A DNA stretch of 64,000 nt from Candidatus Saccharimonadales bacterium (GCA_035758565.1 DASTXL010000001.1:75242-139241); one strand, 5' to 3'; counted from the stretch's first letter, positions 42,987 to 52,519 are shown. The notes: generated by a model not told the origin, from the letters alone. Numbers and translations: made by a program.

Positions 42987-44309
42987 TTAGCTCTTCAATA
43001 AATCTATAGTCAGGGCGGCCGTCCAAGAAAAATTGGGCGCGCCGGCGGGCGAACCGTCCAGCGGATTGAAATATTCATAAGAACCGTGCTCGGCCACCAT
43101 TTTCAGAGTCTTCTTTTTGAGTTCTTCGGCTTCGAGTTTGAAGCTGTAACGATCGAGTCCATCCATGATCAACCAGTTCATGTTGACCCAAGTTGGCCCC
43201 TGCCAATATTTTTCTGGATTAAACGAGTGCGAGATTGTCGGCACACTCGGCAGTGGGAAGTTGGTGCGGAACTGCGTGCGTTTTTTCATTAACCGCACTA
43301 GCTCTTCAGCGCGCTTTTGGGTGACTACGCCGGCATAAAGCGGCAAAAGCGTGGCAATCGTAGCTTCGTAAATGCTGTCGCCAGACAGGCAGCGGCTGTA
43401 GTAGCGACAAGTTTGCTCGTCCCATAAAGTGTCTAGTGCTTCCTCGGTGTGTTTCATGGCCTCGGCTATATCTTCGGGCAATTCTTTGCCGATAGACTTG
43501 GCAATGTCTTTCAAAAGTTTATTAGCTCTGATTAAAATGCAATTAAAAGCCAGATCTTCGAGCGCAAACTTAGGCTTGTGCGACAAAATGTCGTGGCTGT
43601 CGTAAGAACGATTGCGCAGGTGGTGCAGCAAAGCCCAATAAGCTATGGCATTAACGTTGCTCATGCGCTGGCCGGGCGGCACGTGACGGACGTCGCGGCG
43701 TACTAAATTAACCGGCCAATCCAGGCGCGAGACTTCTAGAAGTTTTAGCCACCAGGGCCAGGCGTGCTCACGGATTTCGTAAACTTCTGGCGGCGAATTA
43801 TCCATACCAGATTCATAAGGGTGCAAAAGAATTATTAGACCGCTGTCGCTTGCGCGGTCCTTGTATAACCATTGATGGTAGGCCAGCAGGTGGGGATAGA
43901 TTTTGGCATACCAACTGCGCCGATCGACGAGCTTCATTTTTTGGCCAACACGAATTATGGCTTCTGCCAGCATCGGCGGCTGGGTGAGGCCGCTAGTAAT
44001 CACGCCGTTTGGGGCGTGCGGATTGAGCCAGCTTTGCCAAATATTATGGTCACGACGGTGGCGCGGATGCGGATCAAAAATAATGTGCGGCACCATACCA
44101 TTAGCCCATTGCCCGCGCAATAAGCTTTCTATTTCTTGTTGAGCCCGTTCAACGTCTAAGTGGCGAAGGCCGATAGAAATAAAACAGCTATCCCACAACC
44201 ATTGGTGCGGGTAAAGATCGCCGGCTGGCACGATGTAGTTGCCACGGTCGTTGCCATGAAGAACTGCTAGAGCGTGATCAAATAAGGATTTGGCGTCGGC
44301 ATCATTCAT
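42987..44309 (-). CDS. GH63-like (MGH1-type) six-hairpin glycoside hydrolase
   Basis: YPHQWLWDSCFISIGL and GMVPHIIF resemble glucosyl/mannosyl-glycerate hydrolase-type GH63 enzymes, as do later YWQGPTWVNMNW and EYFNPLDG. Confidence 0.6.
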   Translation of the reverse strand: MNDADAKSLFDHALAVLHGNDRGNYIVPAGDLYPHQWLWDSCFISIGLRHLDVERAQQEIESLLRGQWANGMVPHIIFDPHPRHRRDHNIWQSWLNPHAPNGVITSGLTQPPMLAEAIIRVGQKMKLVDRRSWYAKIYPHLLAYHQWLYKDRASDSGLIILLHPYESGMDNSPPEVYEIREHAWPWWLKLLEVSRLDWPVNLVRRDVRHVPPGQRMSNVNAIAYWALLHHLRNRSYDSHDILSHKPKFALEDLAFNCILIRANKLLKDIAKSIGKELPEDIAEAMKHTEEALDTLWDEQTCRYYSRCLSGDSIYEATIATLLPLYAGVVTQKRAEELVRLMKKRTQFRTNFPLPSVPTISHSFNPEKYWQGPTWVNMNWLIMDGLDRYSFKLEAEELKKKTLKMVAEHGSYEYFNPLDGSPAGAPNFSWTAALTIDLLKS

Positions 44310-44378
44310 GAGTAGAGTATATCGCTGCGAAGTATTTTTAAGCTGTTAGGTAAAAACCACAAGCATTATAATGTTAGC

Positions 44379-44768
44379 ATGGATGCTAAACTGGCTGACC
44401 TAATAATTTTCACCATTATTCTGTTTAGTGGTTGGATTATCGAGGGATTTTGGTTTGATATTAAGCGCAAAAAACACCGCTTAAATGTTAAAAACTATTT
44501 GCTATTTTTAGTCGGCCCGCTAGCTTCGACGGGTTTTGCAATTTATAAATTAGGCTCAGCCGCAGTCTATATGTTTATTTTATCTGTATTTTTGGGTGCT
44601 CTTTGCGAATACATTGTCGATAGATCTTATACGGTATTTTTCGGTGCGCGTTTGTGGCGCTACTATCGCTATTCAATCAACGGTGATACGAGCTATTTGG
44701 CGCTGCCTATATGGGGGAGCGCCGGCCTGGCCGCACTGCTGCTCGCTAGAATATTTTTAAAAAGTTAA
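44379..44768 (+). CDS. Small 4-TM membrane protein (PF06541/DUF1113-like?)
   Basis: Four hydrophobic segments. LWRYYRYSINGDTSYLALPIWG. TATAAT lies 6 nt before the ATG. The family call is tentative. Confidence 0.4.
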   Translation: MDAKLADLIIFTIILFSGWIIEGFWFDIKRKKHRLNVKNYLLFLVGPLASTGFAIYKLGSAAVYMFILSVFLGALCEYIVDRSYTVFFGARLWRYYRYSINGDTSYLALPIWGSAGLAALLLARIFLKS

Positions 44769-44803
44769 GCTTAAGCCGACTGGTGGTATACTTTTAAGAA
44801 GTT

Positions 44804-45844
44804 ATGCAGTATCAAAATGAGCAAGTTGCGGCCGCCGCTAACAAGCTAAAGGCAGGACTAGACAAAGCTAAAGATAAGCGGGCTGTTTTGCGCGCGCCAG
44901 AACTAGCCGCCCTTTATGAACATTTGAAGACTTTGCCGACCGGCAAAGAACGCGGCGAATTTGGCCGTGAAGTTAATGCGCTGCGCGGCGAATTAGAAAA
45001 GTTGGTGCGCGAAGCTACCGAACAAAAGGTTGAGCTCGAGCCAATTGACGTAACGGCGCCGTTTGATACTAATATTGCGCCAGAAGACCGTCCGGGCTTA
45101 TTACCGGTCGAGCACGCCAGCCAACATCCGCTAACAAAAGAGATGGAAGTTATTCTATCTATTTTCGAGCGCATGGGTTTTACGGCTGTTGAATCACGCG
45201 AAATCGATGACGATTACCACATGTTTACTAGCCTGAACTTCCCACCCGACCACCCCGCCCGCGATGATTACGATACCTTTATGACCGACGAGGGTTTGAT
45301 TGCCCCGGCCCACACCTCTACCATGCAAAACCGCGTGCTCAAGGATCATAAAAAAGATTTAGAAAAGGGCAAGGCGATTGCCGCGGTGATTCCCGGACGC
45401 GTATTCCGTAACGAGGATGTCGACGCTCGCCACGAACACACTTTTTACCAGCTGGAAGGAATTTACGTAGACGAGTGCATCAATGCTGGCCACTTAGTGG
45501 CGACCATTAAAACCTGGTTGTCCAGCTACTACGAGCGTGATGTCAAAATCAAAATTCAGCCATTTTATTTCCCGTTCACTGAACCGAGCTTTGAATTCGC
45601 TGCGTCTTGTCCTTTCTGCGAAGAAAAAGGCTGTAACGTTTGTAGTTATACTGGCTGGATCGAGTTGGGAGGCTGCGGCATGATCCATCCGAACGTGCTC
45701 AAAGAAGCTGGCATTGATTCAAGCAAATATTCTGGTTTTGCCTGGGGTTTCGGCATCGACCGCCTTGTGATGCTCAAATATGACATCGAAGACGTTCGCC
45801 ACTTCCACTCCGCCAACCTAAAATTCCTGAGGCAATTTTCATGA
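44804..45844 (+). CDS. pheS: Phenylalanine--tRNA ligase alpha subunit
   Basis: HPARDDYDTF, RVFRNEDVDARHEHTFYQLEG, FPFTEPSFEF, GWIELGGCGMIHPNVL, GFGIDRL. Confidence 0.96.
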   Translation: MQYQNEQVAAAANKLKAGLDKAKDKRAVLRAPELAALYEHLKTLPTGKERGEFGREVNALRGELEKLVREATEQKVELEPIDVTAPFDTNIAPEDRPGLLPVEHASQHPLTKEMEVILSIFERMGFTAVESREIDDDYHMFTSLNFPPDHPARDDYDTFMTDEGLIAPAHTSTMQNRVLKDHKKDLEKGKAIAAVIPGRVFRNEDVDARHEHTFYQLEGIYVDECINAGHLVATIKTWLSSYYERDVKIKIQPFYFPFTEPSFEFAASCPFCEEKGCNVCSYTGWIELGGCGMIHPNVLKEAGIDSSKYSGFAWGFGIDRLVMLKYDIEDVRHFHSANLKFLRQFS

Positions 45845-46155
45845 ACATTGATGAGTTAACTAAGCAGGCGCTTGTGATTAAAGATAAGTATGCGCTCAAG
45901 AATGCCACGAGCGGCCATAAAGAATGGTCGGCAAAAGAATTTATGCTGGGTTTTGTCGGCGATGTTGGTGACCTGGCAAAGTTGATTATGGCCAAAGAAA
46001 ATCTGCGACATATCGACAACGTCGACGCGAAGCTCTCTCATGAGTTGGCTGATAATTTGTGGTCAATCTTGGTCCTCGCCGAACACTATGGGGTGAATTT
46101 AGAAGTTGAATTTGCAAAGACTATGGGCGAACTAGAGAAAAGGATTTCAGCATGA
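45841..46155 (+). CDS. MazG-like nucleotide pyrophosphohydrolase domain protein
   Basis: EFMLGFVGDVGDLAKLI...LSHELADNLWSILVLAEHYGVNLE shows a MazG/all-alpha NTP-PPase EExxE/D-like pattern. ATGA overlaps with both pheS and pheT. Confidence 0.65.
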   Translation: MNIDELTKQALVIKDKYALKNATSGHKEWSAKEFMLGFVGDVGDLAKLIMAKENLRHIDNVDAKLSHELADNLWSILVLAEHYGVNLEVEFAKTMGELEKRISA

Positions 46156-48803
46156 AAGTTAGCCTAAACTGGATTCGGCAACTGAACAAAAACTACGGCA
46201 CGAGCGATAGCTCGGAGCTTAAAGACGTTGATAAATTGGTAGAGAAAATTGGCGAGCAGCTCGGCGCTGTTGAAGAAGTTATAGACTTAGGCGAACGCTA
46301 CAAAGGTGTCGTAGTCGTGAAGGTTATTGAATGCGTCAAACACCCTGATGCTGATAAATTGAGCGTTTGTTTGGTAGATGACGGCGGAGTTGTTGAAGGA
46401 GTTGAGAGGGCTGACTGGCCACAAGACACGAGAGCGAGTGCAGTTTCGGCACGCGAGCGAGCAGCGGAAGAAGCTGTAGGTAAGGCTACTGTGACTGAGC
46501 AGCGGAGCTCGCCAACCGAAAATGTGCCGCAGCCCGGCGGAGTTACTGGCTCTGCCAGTAAGCAGGGCGGGCGGTCTCGTGGGCTTGTGCGAGTGGTTTG
46601 CGGCGCGCCAAATGTTAAAGCCGGCGTCACGGTAGCTTGGATACCACCAGGTGCCACGGTACCAAGTACTTTCGATAAAGATCCGTTCGTGCTCGAAGCC
46701 CGTCCGCTGCGCGGAATTGTTAGCAACGGAATGCTAGCTAGTGCTAAAGAGCTTGGCATCGGCGATAGTCACGAAGGCTTATTGTTGCTCGAAGATAAAA
46801 AGCCGGGCACCTCTTTCGCCGAAGCTTACGCACTCGACGACTTTGTTATTGATATCGAAAACAAGATGTTCACGCATCGTCCGGATTGTTTTGGCATTTT
46901 GGGTGTGGCCCGCGAACTGGCCGGAATCAGTGGCAAGCCTTTCAAGAGCCCAGATTGGTACAAAGAAAACGCTCGTCCAGAAGAAGGTTTTGGCTTAGAG
47001 CTAAAGGTTGAAAACAAAGTGCCGGAACTCGTGCCACGATTTACCGCTATCGCTCTTAAAGACGTCAAGGTTGGGCCCAGTCCGGTTTGGATGCAAAGCT
47101 GCTTATCGCGCGTCGGTATTCGCCCCATAAACAACGTTGTCGACCTCACGAACTACTACATGTATCTGACCGGCCAGCCGCTGCACGCCTATGATTACGA
47201 TAAGGTTAAAACTGGTATCCTCGGCGTGCGCTTGAGTAAAAAAAGCGAGAAAGTCGCGCTGCTTAATGGAAAGACGCTAGAACTAAATGACGGCGCAGTT
47301 GTTATAACTGATGGCCAAAAACCAATTGGTATCGGCGGTGTAATGGGCGGTGCCGAAACCGAGGTTGATGCGAATACCAAAAATATTATTCTAGAATGCG
47401 CTACTTTTGACATGAATCTTACTCGTAAAACAGCTATGGCCTACGGTTTGTTTACCGACGCCGTCACCCGCTTTACTAAAGGTCAAAGCCCATTGCAAAA
47501 TCTGGCTGTCTTAACCAAGACAGTTGACGACTTAGAACGCTTTAGCGGTGCGGCAGTAGCCAGCGCCTTGATTGACGAGAAGTCGCCGAAAGTAAAAGAG
47601 CCGAAGCCTTTAACCACGTCCGTTAAGCTTATAAATAGTCGGCTGGGTGAAGAGTTATCCGGCGCGAAGATTAAGGAGCTTTTGGAAAACGTTGAATTCA
47701 AGGTCGACGTAGCCGGCGATGAAGTCGGCATCGACGTGCCGTTCTGGCGCACCGATATTGAAATACCCGAAGACATTGTCGAAGAAGTTGGCCGGCTTTA
47801 TGGCTACGACAAGTTGCCGCAAATTTTGCCAAAGCGCAACCTAGAACCGGCTCAAATCGACCATCGCTTGGCATTCAAATCACATCTACGCAAGATTATG
47901 GTGGCTGCCGGCGCTAATGAAGTTTTAACTTATAGCTTTGTTAACCAAAAACTTTTAGAGGCGGCCGATCAAGACCCAGCTAGCGCCTTTCATATCCGTA
48001 ACGCTGTTAGTCCGGAGTTGCAGTATTATCGCTTCGATTTACTGCCGAGCCTGCTTGATAAAGTTCGTCCCAATAAAAAAGCCGGCTACGATTTGTTTGC
48101 GCTTTTTGAGCTTGGCAAAGGCCACGCCAAAGATTACGCCGACGAAAATAAGCTTCCAAAAGAATCAGAAATGATTGCCATGGTAGTGCACAACCCTTAT
48201 CTCAAAGGCGAGCCTATTTATCAGGCGCGCGCTATTGCCGATTATCTTTTGAACGAGTTGAACATTGATTCGCGTGAATATTACTCGCTGGGCGCCAAAG
48301 ACTTAGAAAACTCCAAGATTTTTAAATTCTTTGAACCGGGTCGTTCTGCGACGATTTGGTCCGGCGGCACTGGTCTTGGAATAATAGGCGAGCCGTCACA
48401 AAAACTGCGTCGAGTTCTAAAACTTCCAGCCGGCGTCTCGATGTTCGAGCTCAATATCGAAGCTCTTTACGAGACCCAAAAGCCAAAGAGCTATCATCCG
48501 CTAAACAAGTTCCCGGAATCGTCACAAGATATTTGTTTGAGACTGCCGGCAAAAATTAGCTACGAAGAGGCTGATGATTTTGTTTGGGAGAATCTGCAAA
48601 AATTATCTAAAAAACAAGGCTATCTTTGCCAGATGGACACGCTCGACATCTTCCAGAAAGAGGGTGATAAAACTCACAGGCAAATCACCTGGCACATTAG
48701 TTTGAGCCATCCCGAAAAGACTCTTAAAACCGAGGAAGTTAACAATCTTTTGGACGAACTGTCATCCGCGGCTCACGACAAACTTGGCGCCGAGAGAATT
48801 TAG
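46152..48803 (+). CDS. pheT: Phenylalanine--tRNA ligase beta subunit (with an ~65-aa insertion in the N-terminal tRNA-binding OB domain)
   Basis: HPDADKLSVCLVDDGG ... VVCGAPNV, B3/4, B5, FDX-ACB-like C-terminus. Confidence 0.96.
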   Translation: MKVSLNWIRQLNKNYGTSDSSELKDVDKLVEKIGEQLGAVEEVIDLGERYKGVVVVKVIECVKHPDADKLSVCLVDDGGVVEGVERADWPQDTRASAVSARERAAEEAVGKATVTEQRSSPTENVPQPGGVTGSASKQGGRSRGLVRVVCGAPNVKAGVTVAWIPPGATVPSTFDKDPFVLEARPLRGIVSNGMLASAKELGIGDSHEGLLLLEDKKPGTSFAEAYALDDFVIDIENKMFTHRPDCFGILGVARELAGISGKPFKSPDWYKENARPEEGFGLELKVENKVPELVPRFTAIALKDVKVGPSPVWMQSCLSRVGIRPINNVVDLTNYYMYLTGQPLHAYDYDKVKTGILGVRLSKKSEKVALLNGKTLELNDGAVVITDGQKPIGIGGVMGGAETEVDANTKNIILECATFDMNLTRKTAMAYGLFTDAVTRFTKGQSPLQNLAVLTKTVDDLERFSGAAVASALIDEKSPKVKEPKPLTTSVKLINSRLGEELSGAKIKELLENVEFKVDVAGDEVGIDVPFWRTDIEIPEDIVEEVGRLYGYDKLPQILPKRNLEPAQIDHRLAFKSHLRKIMVAAGANEVLTYSFVNQKLLEAADQDPASAFHIRNAVSPELQYYRFDLLPSLLDKVRPNKKAGYDLFALFELGKGHAKDYADENKLPKESEMIAMVVHNPYLKGEPIYQARAIADYLLNELNIDSREYYSLGAKDLENSKIFKFFEPGRSATIWSGGTGLGIIGEPSQKLRRVLKLPAGVSMFELNIEALYETQKPKSYHPLNKFPESSQDICLRLPAKISYEEADDFVWENLQKLSKKQGYLCQMDTLDIFQKEGDKTHRQITWHISLSHPEKTLKTEEVNNLLDELSSAAHDKLGAERI
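46389..46583 (+). repeat. In-frame insertion within pheT, collinear with intergenic element at 49718-49825
   Basis: About 65 codons sit where E. coli PheT, as I recall its sequence, has only about 4 residues. Shared blocks are ggcca..cgagagcgag, actgtgactgagc, tgccgcagc and ctggctctgccagt. The 10-nt direct repeat cggcggagtt occurs at 46382 and 46535. Confidence 0.45.
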
Positions 48804-48845
48804 CAGCTTTATCCAAGTGTGAATATTCTGTAGAATAAATTGAGC

Positions 48846-49466
48846 ATGAAGAGACCGCATATTAATAATTTTGGTGATAAATTACGCCGCGCAGGCTGGT
48901 TATTTTTAACGGCCTTGTTTATTTTTACTGGTTTAGGGGTTGGGGTTTACGCTTTTTACGCTAGCACTCACCAAACCGATACTAATCAAGCAGCCAACAG
49001 TACCACGCAGCCAAATAACACCACGGCTTGCTCGTTCAGCGGAGCCCAGAGCGCTGCGGTAATGTCTGCTCCGGCGGTGTATAAAACCTCAGGCAAAACC
49101 TCTAACTTACAGATCACTGATCTTCAAAAAGGCAGCGGCCAGACCGCCGCAAAGGGTGATTGTCTGCTGGTGAAATATTACGGCACAATTGCCAATACCG
49201 GTGTGAAATTCGACGAAGATTATACTCAGCCGCTCGCGTTGCAGTTCTTAGTAGGCGAGGGTTATGTGATTCCGGGCTGGGATCAGGGCTTGATTGGCAT
49301 GAAAGTTGGCGGCGAGCGTCGTTTGGTAATTCCATCAAACTTAGGCTACGGTGCCAGCGGCCAATGTAAAACCCAGGACCCAAATAACCCAGAAAAGTGT
49401 GCCGACTTTGCTATTCCTCCAAATACCGACCTGGTTTTTGTCGTCAAACTCCTTAGCATCAAATAG
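48846..49466 (+). CDS. Membrane-anchored FKBP-type peptidyl-prolyl isomerase
   Basis: N-terminal TM. VKYYGTIANTGVKFDEDY...FLVGEGYVIPGWDQGLIGMKVGGERRLVIPSNLGYG. An alternative TTG start is at 48840. Confidence 0.85.
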   Translation: MKRPHINNFGDKLRRAGWLFLTALFIFTGLGVGVYAFYASTHQTDTNQAANSTTQPNNTTACSFSGAQSAAVMSAPAVYKTSGKTSNLQITDLQKGSGQTAAKGDCLLVKYYGTIANTGVKFDEDYTQPLALQFLVGEGYVIPGWDQGLIGMKVGGERRLVIPSNLGYGASGQCKTQDPNNPEKCADFAIPPNTDLVFVVKLLSIK

Positions 49467-49879
49467 GTTACTCATACTTTTGTATCGACAAAAGCATGCA
49501 AAAACTCTTGGCACATTCGAAAACGCGATTCTCACTCAACCTTCACCAAAAGTGAAGCTGCGGAACTCTCCGCTGGCTGGCGGATCAAACAGTCCTCGCT
49601 TCTGCTTTTGATTCACTTTTTGCTCGATCGGTTTTCTCGAGTGCCGAAAATAATATTTCTCGCCCAGTAACTACACCGTTAATGCTAATCGTGCCACATT
49701 TGAGCGCAATGCAAGAAGGCCACGAGAAGCGAGCGAAAAGTACAAAGATGTACTTTGAGTGAGCCTCGCAGTGAGTTGCCGCAGCAGTGTGCCAAAAGGC
49801 CATCAGAGCGGCTGGCTTTGCCAGTCGGTTGGGTGGCCGTTGTGGTTCGATTGAGGTAAAAAGCACAATATATAGTGTA

Positions 49880-49909
49880 TTGACGCCTATTTTCCAGCGG
49901 GTCTACAAT
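49880..49909 (+). promoter_or_regulatory. Promoter candidate for the glutaredoxin-like gene
   Basis: TTGACG-18 nt-TACAAT. The SD-like sequence GAGAGGG lies before the ATG at 49967. Confidence 0.45.
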
Positions 49910-49966
49910 ACATAAGGAGTTTAGGAAAACACCAAACAAAAACTAATTTAGAGAGGGTTATCAAGG

Positions 49967-50215
49967 ATGCCTAAGAACATCACTGTATTTACAACTAGCA
50001 CTTGCAGCTACTGCCCAATGGTCAAACGCTATTTGGCAAGCAAGGGCCTAACCTACGACGAAGTAAACCTGGAAGACAATCCAGAGCGCCAGCAAGAAGT
50101 CTTGGCCATGAGCGGTGCGTTGACCGTACCAGTCACCATTGTTACTCAGCAAGACGACAGTCAGGCTGTGATAGTTGGTTATAACTTACAAAAGCTCGCC
50201 CCAGCGGTTGCGTAG
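49967..50215 (+). CDS. Glutaredoxin-like protein (NrdH/YruB type)
   Basis: 82 aa. CSYC redox motif near the N-terminus. TVPVTIV. Confidence 0.8.
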   Translation: MPKNITVFTTSTCSYCPMVKRYLASKGLTYDEVNLEDNPERQQEVLAMSGALTVPVTIVTQQDDSQAVIVGYNLQKLAPAVA

Positions 50216-50352
50216 CTTTTTTGTGGCGCTATGCTGCGTCAGAGTCTGCGCTTTTCGCGAGCAGTATTGAAATAAAGCTCGTTGCAATGCTTAACTCTTC
50301 CTTGCGTTGCACTCGCCTAAAGCTTAATTTGAATATAGTTAAGGAGTTCGAG

Positions 50353-50880
50353 ATGAATGCGTTATTGCTGGGTGGTAACAGCTTGAGGAATCAGGAATGG
50401 ATTCACCGGGTTGGCGAAGCTTTTTCGCCTTTGTTCAACCATCTAAAAGTGCACGACTACAAACACTGGTTAGAGGGTCGCCCGAACATTAATCTAGCGG
50501 ATGAGCAGCCGGTAATCGCTAAGGAAGCCGCCGGTCTTGGCGACTATGTAGTGTTCGCCAAGTCTGCCGGCTCAATCCTGATCGTTAAAAGTATTTACGA
50601 CGGCTTGATATCTCCTAAAAAATGCGTCTTTGCTGGTACGGCGCTCGCTATGGTCAAAAACGAGAACTTGGATTTTGCCCGCTGGTTATCAGCAGTGGAA
50701 TGCCCGGTACTATTTATTCATAACGGCGACGACCCGGTCGCTTCGTTTGCCGAGCTAAAAGAATATATGACCGAAAACGGTCCGGCTAATTTTGAAATGG
50801 TAGAATTGCCCGGCGAAACGCACGATTACGACGATTTGCCCGAGCTAACCGAGCTGGTTAAAGAGTTTGTTTTTAAGTAA
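50353..50880 (+). CDS. Small alpha/beta-hydrolase-fold protein
   Basis: ATG at 50353 lies 6 nt after AAGGAG. VVFAKSAGS is a nucleophile-elbow-like motif. Late D/H residues (HNGDDP, ETHDY). The track start at 50221 is an extension. Confidence 0.5.
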   Translation: MNALLLGGNSLRNQEWIHRVGEAFSPLFNHLKVHDYKHWLEGRPNINLADEQPVIAKEAAGLGDYVVFAKSAGSILIVKSIYDGLISPKKCVFAGTALAMVKNENLDFARWLSAVECPVLFIHNGDDPVASFAELKEYMTENGPANFEMVELPGETHDYDDLPELTELVKEFVFK

Positions 50881-50891
50881 GATAGGTTGAT

Positions 50892-51869
50892 ATGGAAGAC
50901 AACAAAATTCACGATCTCGTTATAGTCGGCGCCGGACCAGCCGCTCTATCCGCGGCCATCTATACCTGCCGTGAAGACATCGACACTTTATTATTCGAAA
51001 AGGGCGCCATTGGCGGGCTGGCCGCCATTACCGACTGGGTAGATAACTACCCTGGCTTTGCCAAAGGAATCGCCGGCCTAGACTTATCCGAACAAATGCG
51101 CCAACAAGCCGAGCGCTTTGGCGCTAAGATCGAGCTTGGCGAGGTGATGGGTATAAAGAGCGAAAACAACCATCACATTCTAGACACTACCAGCGGCGAA
51201 ATTACCGCCAAAGCCGTGCTAATAGCCACCGGCAGCGAGTACCGCCAGATTGGTGTGCCTGGCGAAGCCGAATATTACGCTCGCGGCGTGCACTACTGCG
51301 CTACTTGCGACGGCGCCTTCTACCGCGATAAACGAATCGTAACCGTGGGCGGCGGCAATTCGGCTGTTCAAGAAGCAATGTTCCTAACCAAGTTTGCCAG
51401 CCACATCGATATGTTGGTTCGGGCTGATAAATTCCGCGCTAGCGACGTTTTGCAAAAAGATTTAGAAAAGTTCAAAGATAAAATTACCGTGCATTTTAAT
51501 ACCACAACTGACGAGATTGTGGGCGAGGGCGGCAAAGTCACCAAAGTTATCGGCACCGATAAAACCGCTGGCAAAAAAGTAGAGTTCCCAACTGACGGCG
51601 TGTTTGTATTCGTGGGTTTAGATCCCAATACTAAATTTCTAAAAGACACCGGCGTGGAGCTAGATGAAGCTAACTTTGTTAAAACTGACCAGCATTTAAT
51701 GACCAAAGTGCCGGGTATTTTTGCCGCCGGCGACGTTCGTTCCGGCGCGACATTGCAGATTGCCAGTGCCACCGGCGAAGGCGCAACGGCGGCATTAATG
51801 ATCCGCGAATATCTAGAAAACCATCAAAAAGTATCAAAAACCGCCGTCCAGACTCTGTATGGCAACTAG
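50892..51869 (+). CDS. trxB: Thioredoxin-disulfide reductase
   Basis: VIVGAGPAALSAAIY, CATCDG redox centre, VGGGNSAVQEA, AAGDVR. Confidence 0.95.
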   Translation: MEDNKIHDLVIVGAGPAALSAAIYTCREDIDTLLFEKGAIGGLAAITDWVDNYPGFAKGIAGLDLSEQMRQQAERFGAKIELGEVMGIKSENNHHILDTTSGEITAKAVLIATGSEYRQIGVPGEAEYYARGVHYCATCDGAFYRDKRIVTVGGGNSAVQEAMFLTKFASHIDMLVRADKFRASDVLQKDLEKFKDKITVHFNTTTDEIVGEGGKVTKVIGTDKTAGKKVEFPTDGVFVFVGLDPNTKFLKDTGVELDEANFVKTDQHLMTKVPGIFAAGDVRSGATLQIASATGEGATAALMIREYLENHQKVSKTAVQTLYGN

Positions 51870-51901
51870 TGTACAATATCTGTTAGAAACAAGGAGAAAA
51901 A

Positions 51902-52432
51902 ATGGCTGATTTCAATCAAGTTCTAGATTCTGGTGATTATAAAAACAGCACAGTAAATACCGTAATTGAAATTCCTAAAGGCTCGACCAACAAAATCGAG
52001 TGGGATCGCAAGCGCGCTTGTTTTATGGTTGACCGCGTTGAACCAATTATTTTTGCCAAACCGGTAAATTACGGTTTTATTCCGCAAACGCTGGATGAGG
52101 ATGGTGACGAACTGGACACATTGGTAGTTACTGACGAACCATTGCCAACCGGCGTTTGGCTGGAAGCCAAAGTTATTGGTGTTTTAAATTTCGAAGACGA
52201 CGGGGAAGCCGACCATAAAGTCGTGGTCGTGCCAGCCGACAATCGTCAAACCGACGACTCTATTAAAAGTCTCGATGACCTTGGCGAGCGCTGGAAGCAG
52301 CAAATCGTTCATCATTTCACACACTACAAAGACCTCAAGAAGCCAGGCAGCACCAAAGTTCTGGGCTGGGGCGATATTGAAGCTGCCAAGCAAATTATTG
52401 CCGAATCAATCGAGCGCTACAAAAACCAGTAG
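51902..52432 (+). CDS. ppa: Inorganic pyrophosphatase (family I)
   Basis: VIEIPKGSTNKIEWD, YGFIPQTLDEDGDELD, DHKVV. Confidence 0.95.
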   Translation: MADFNQVLDSGDYKNSTVNTVIEIPKGSTNKIEWDRKRACFMVDRVEPIIFAKPVNYGFIPQTLDEDGDELDTLVVTDEPLPTGVWLEAKVIGVLNFEDDGEADHKVVVVPADNRQTDDSIKSLDDLGERWKQQIVHHFTHYKDLKKPGSTKVLGWGDIEAAKQIIAESIERYKNQ

Positions 52433-52519
52433 ACTTCTCTAAACTTGCACCATAATCCTAATGCTTTTACAATAAAGACATAGTTTAAATTTGAACTTAA
52501 AAGGATGGGCATTTAATTC

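Noticed and set aside
49830-49870. T-loop-like GGTTCGATT at about 49845, considered as the 3' end of a tRNA or tmRNA
   Set aside because: No complementary T-stem, no acceptor stem and no CCA context. No tmRNA or RNase P conserved boxes in the surrounding 500 nt.
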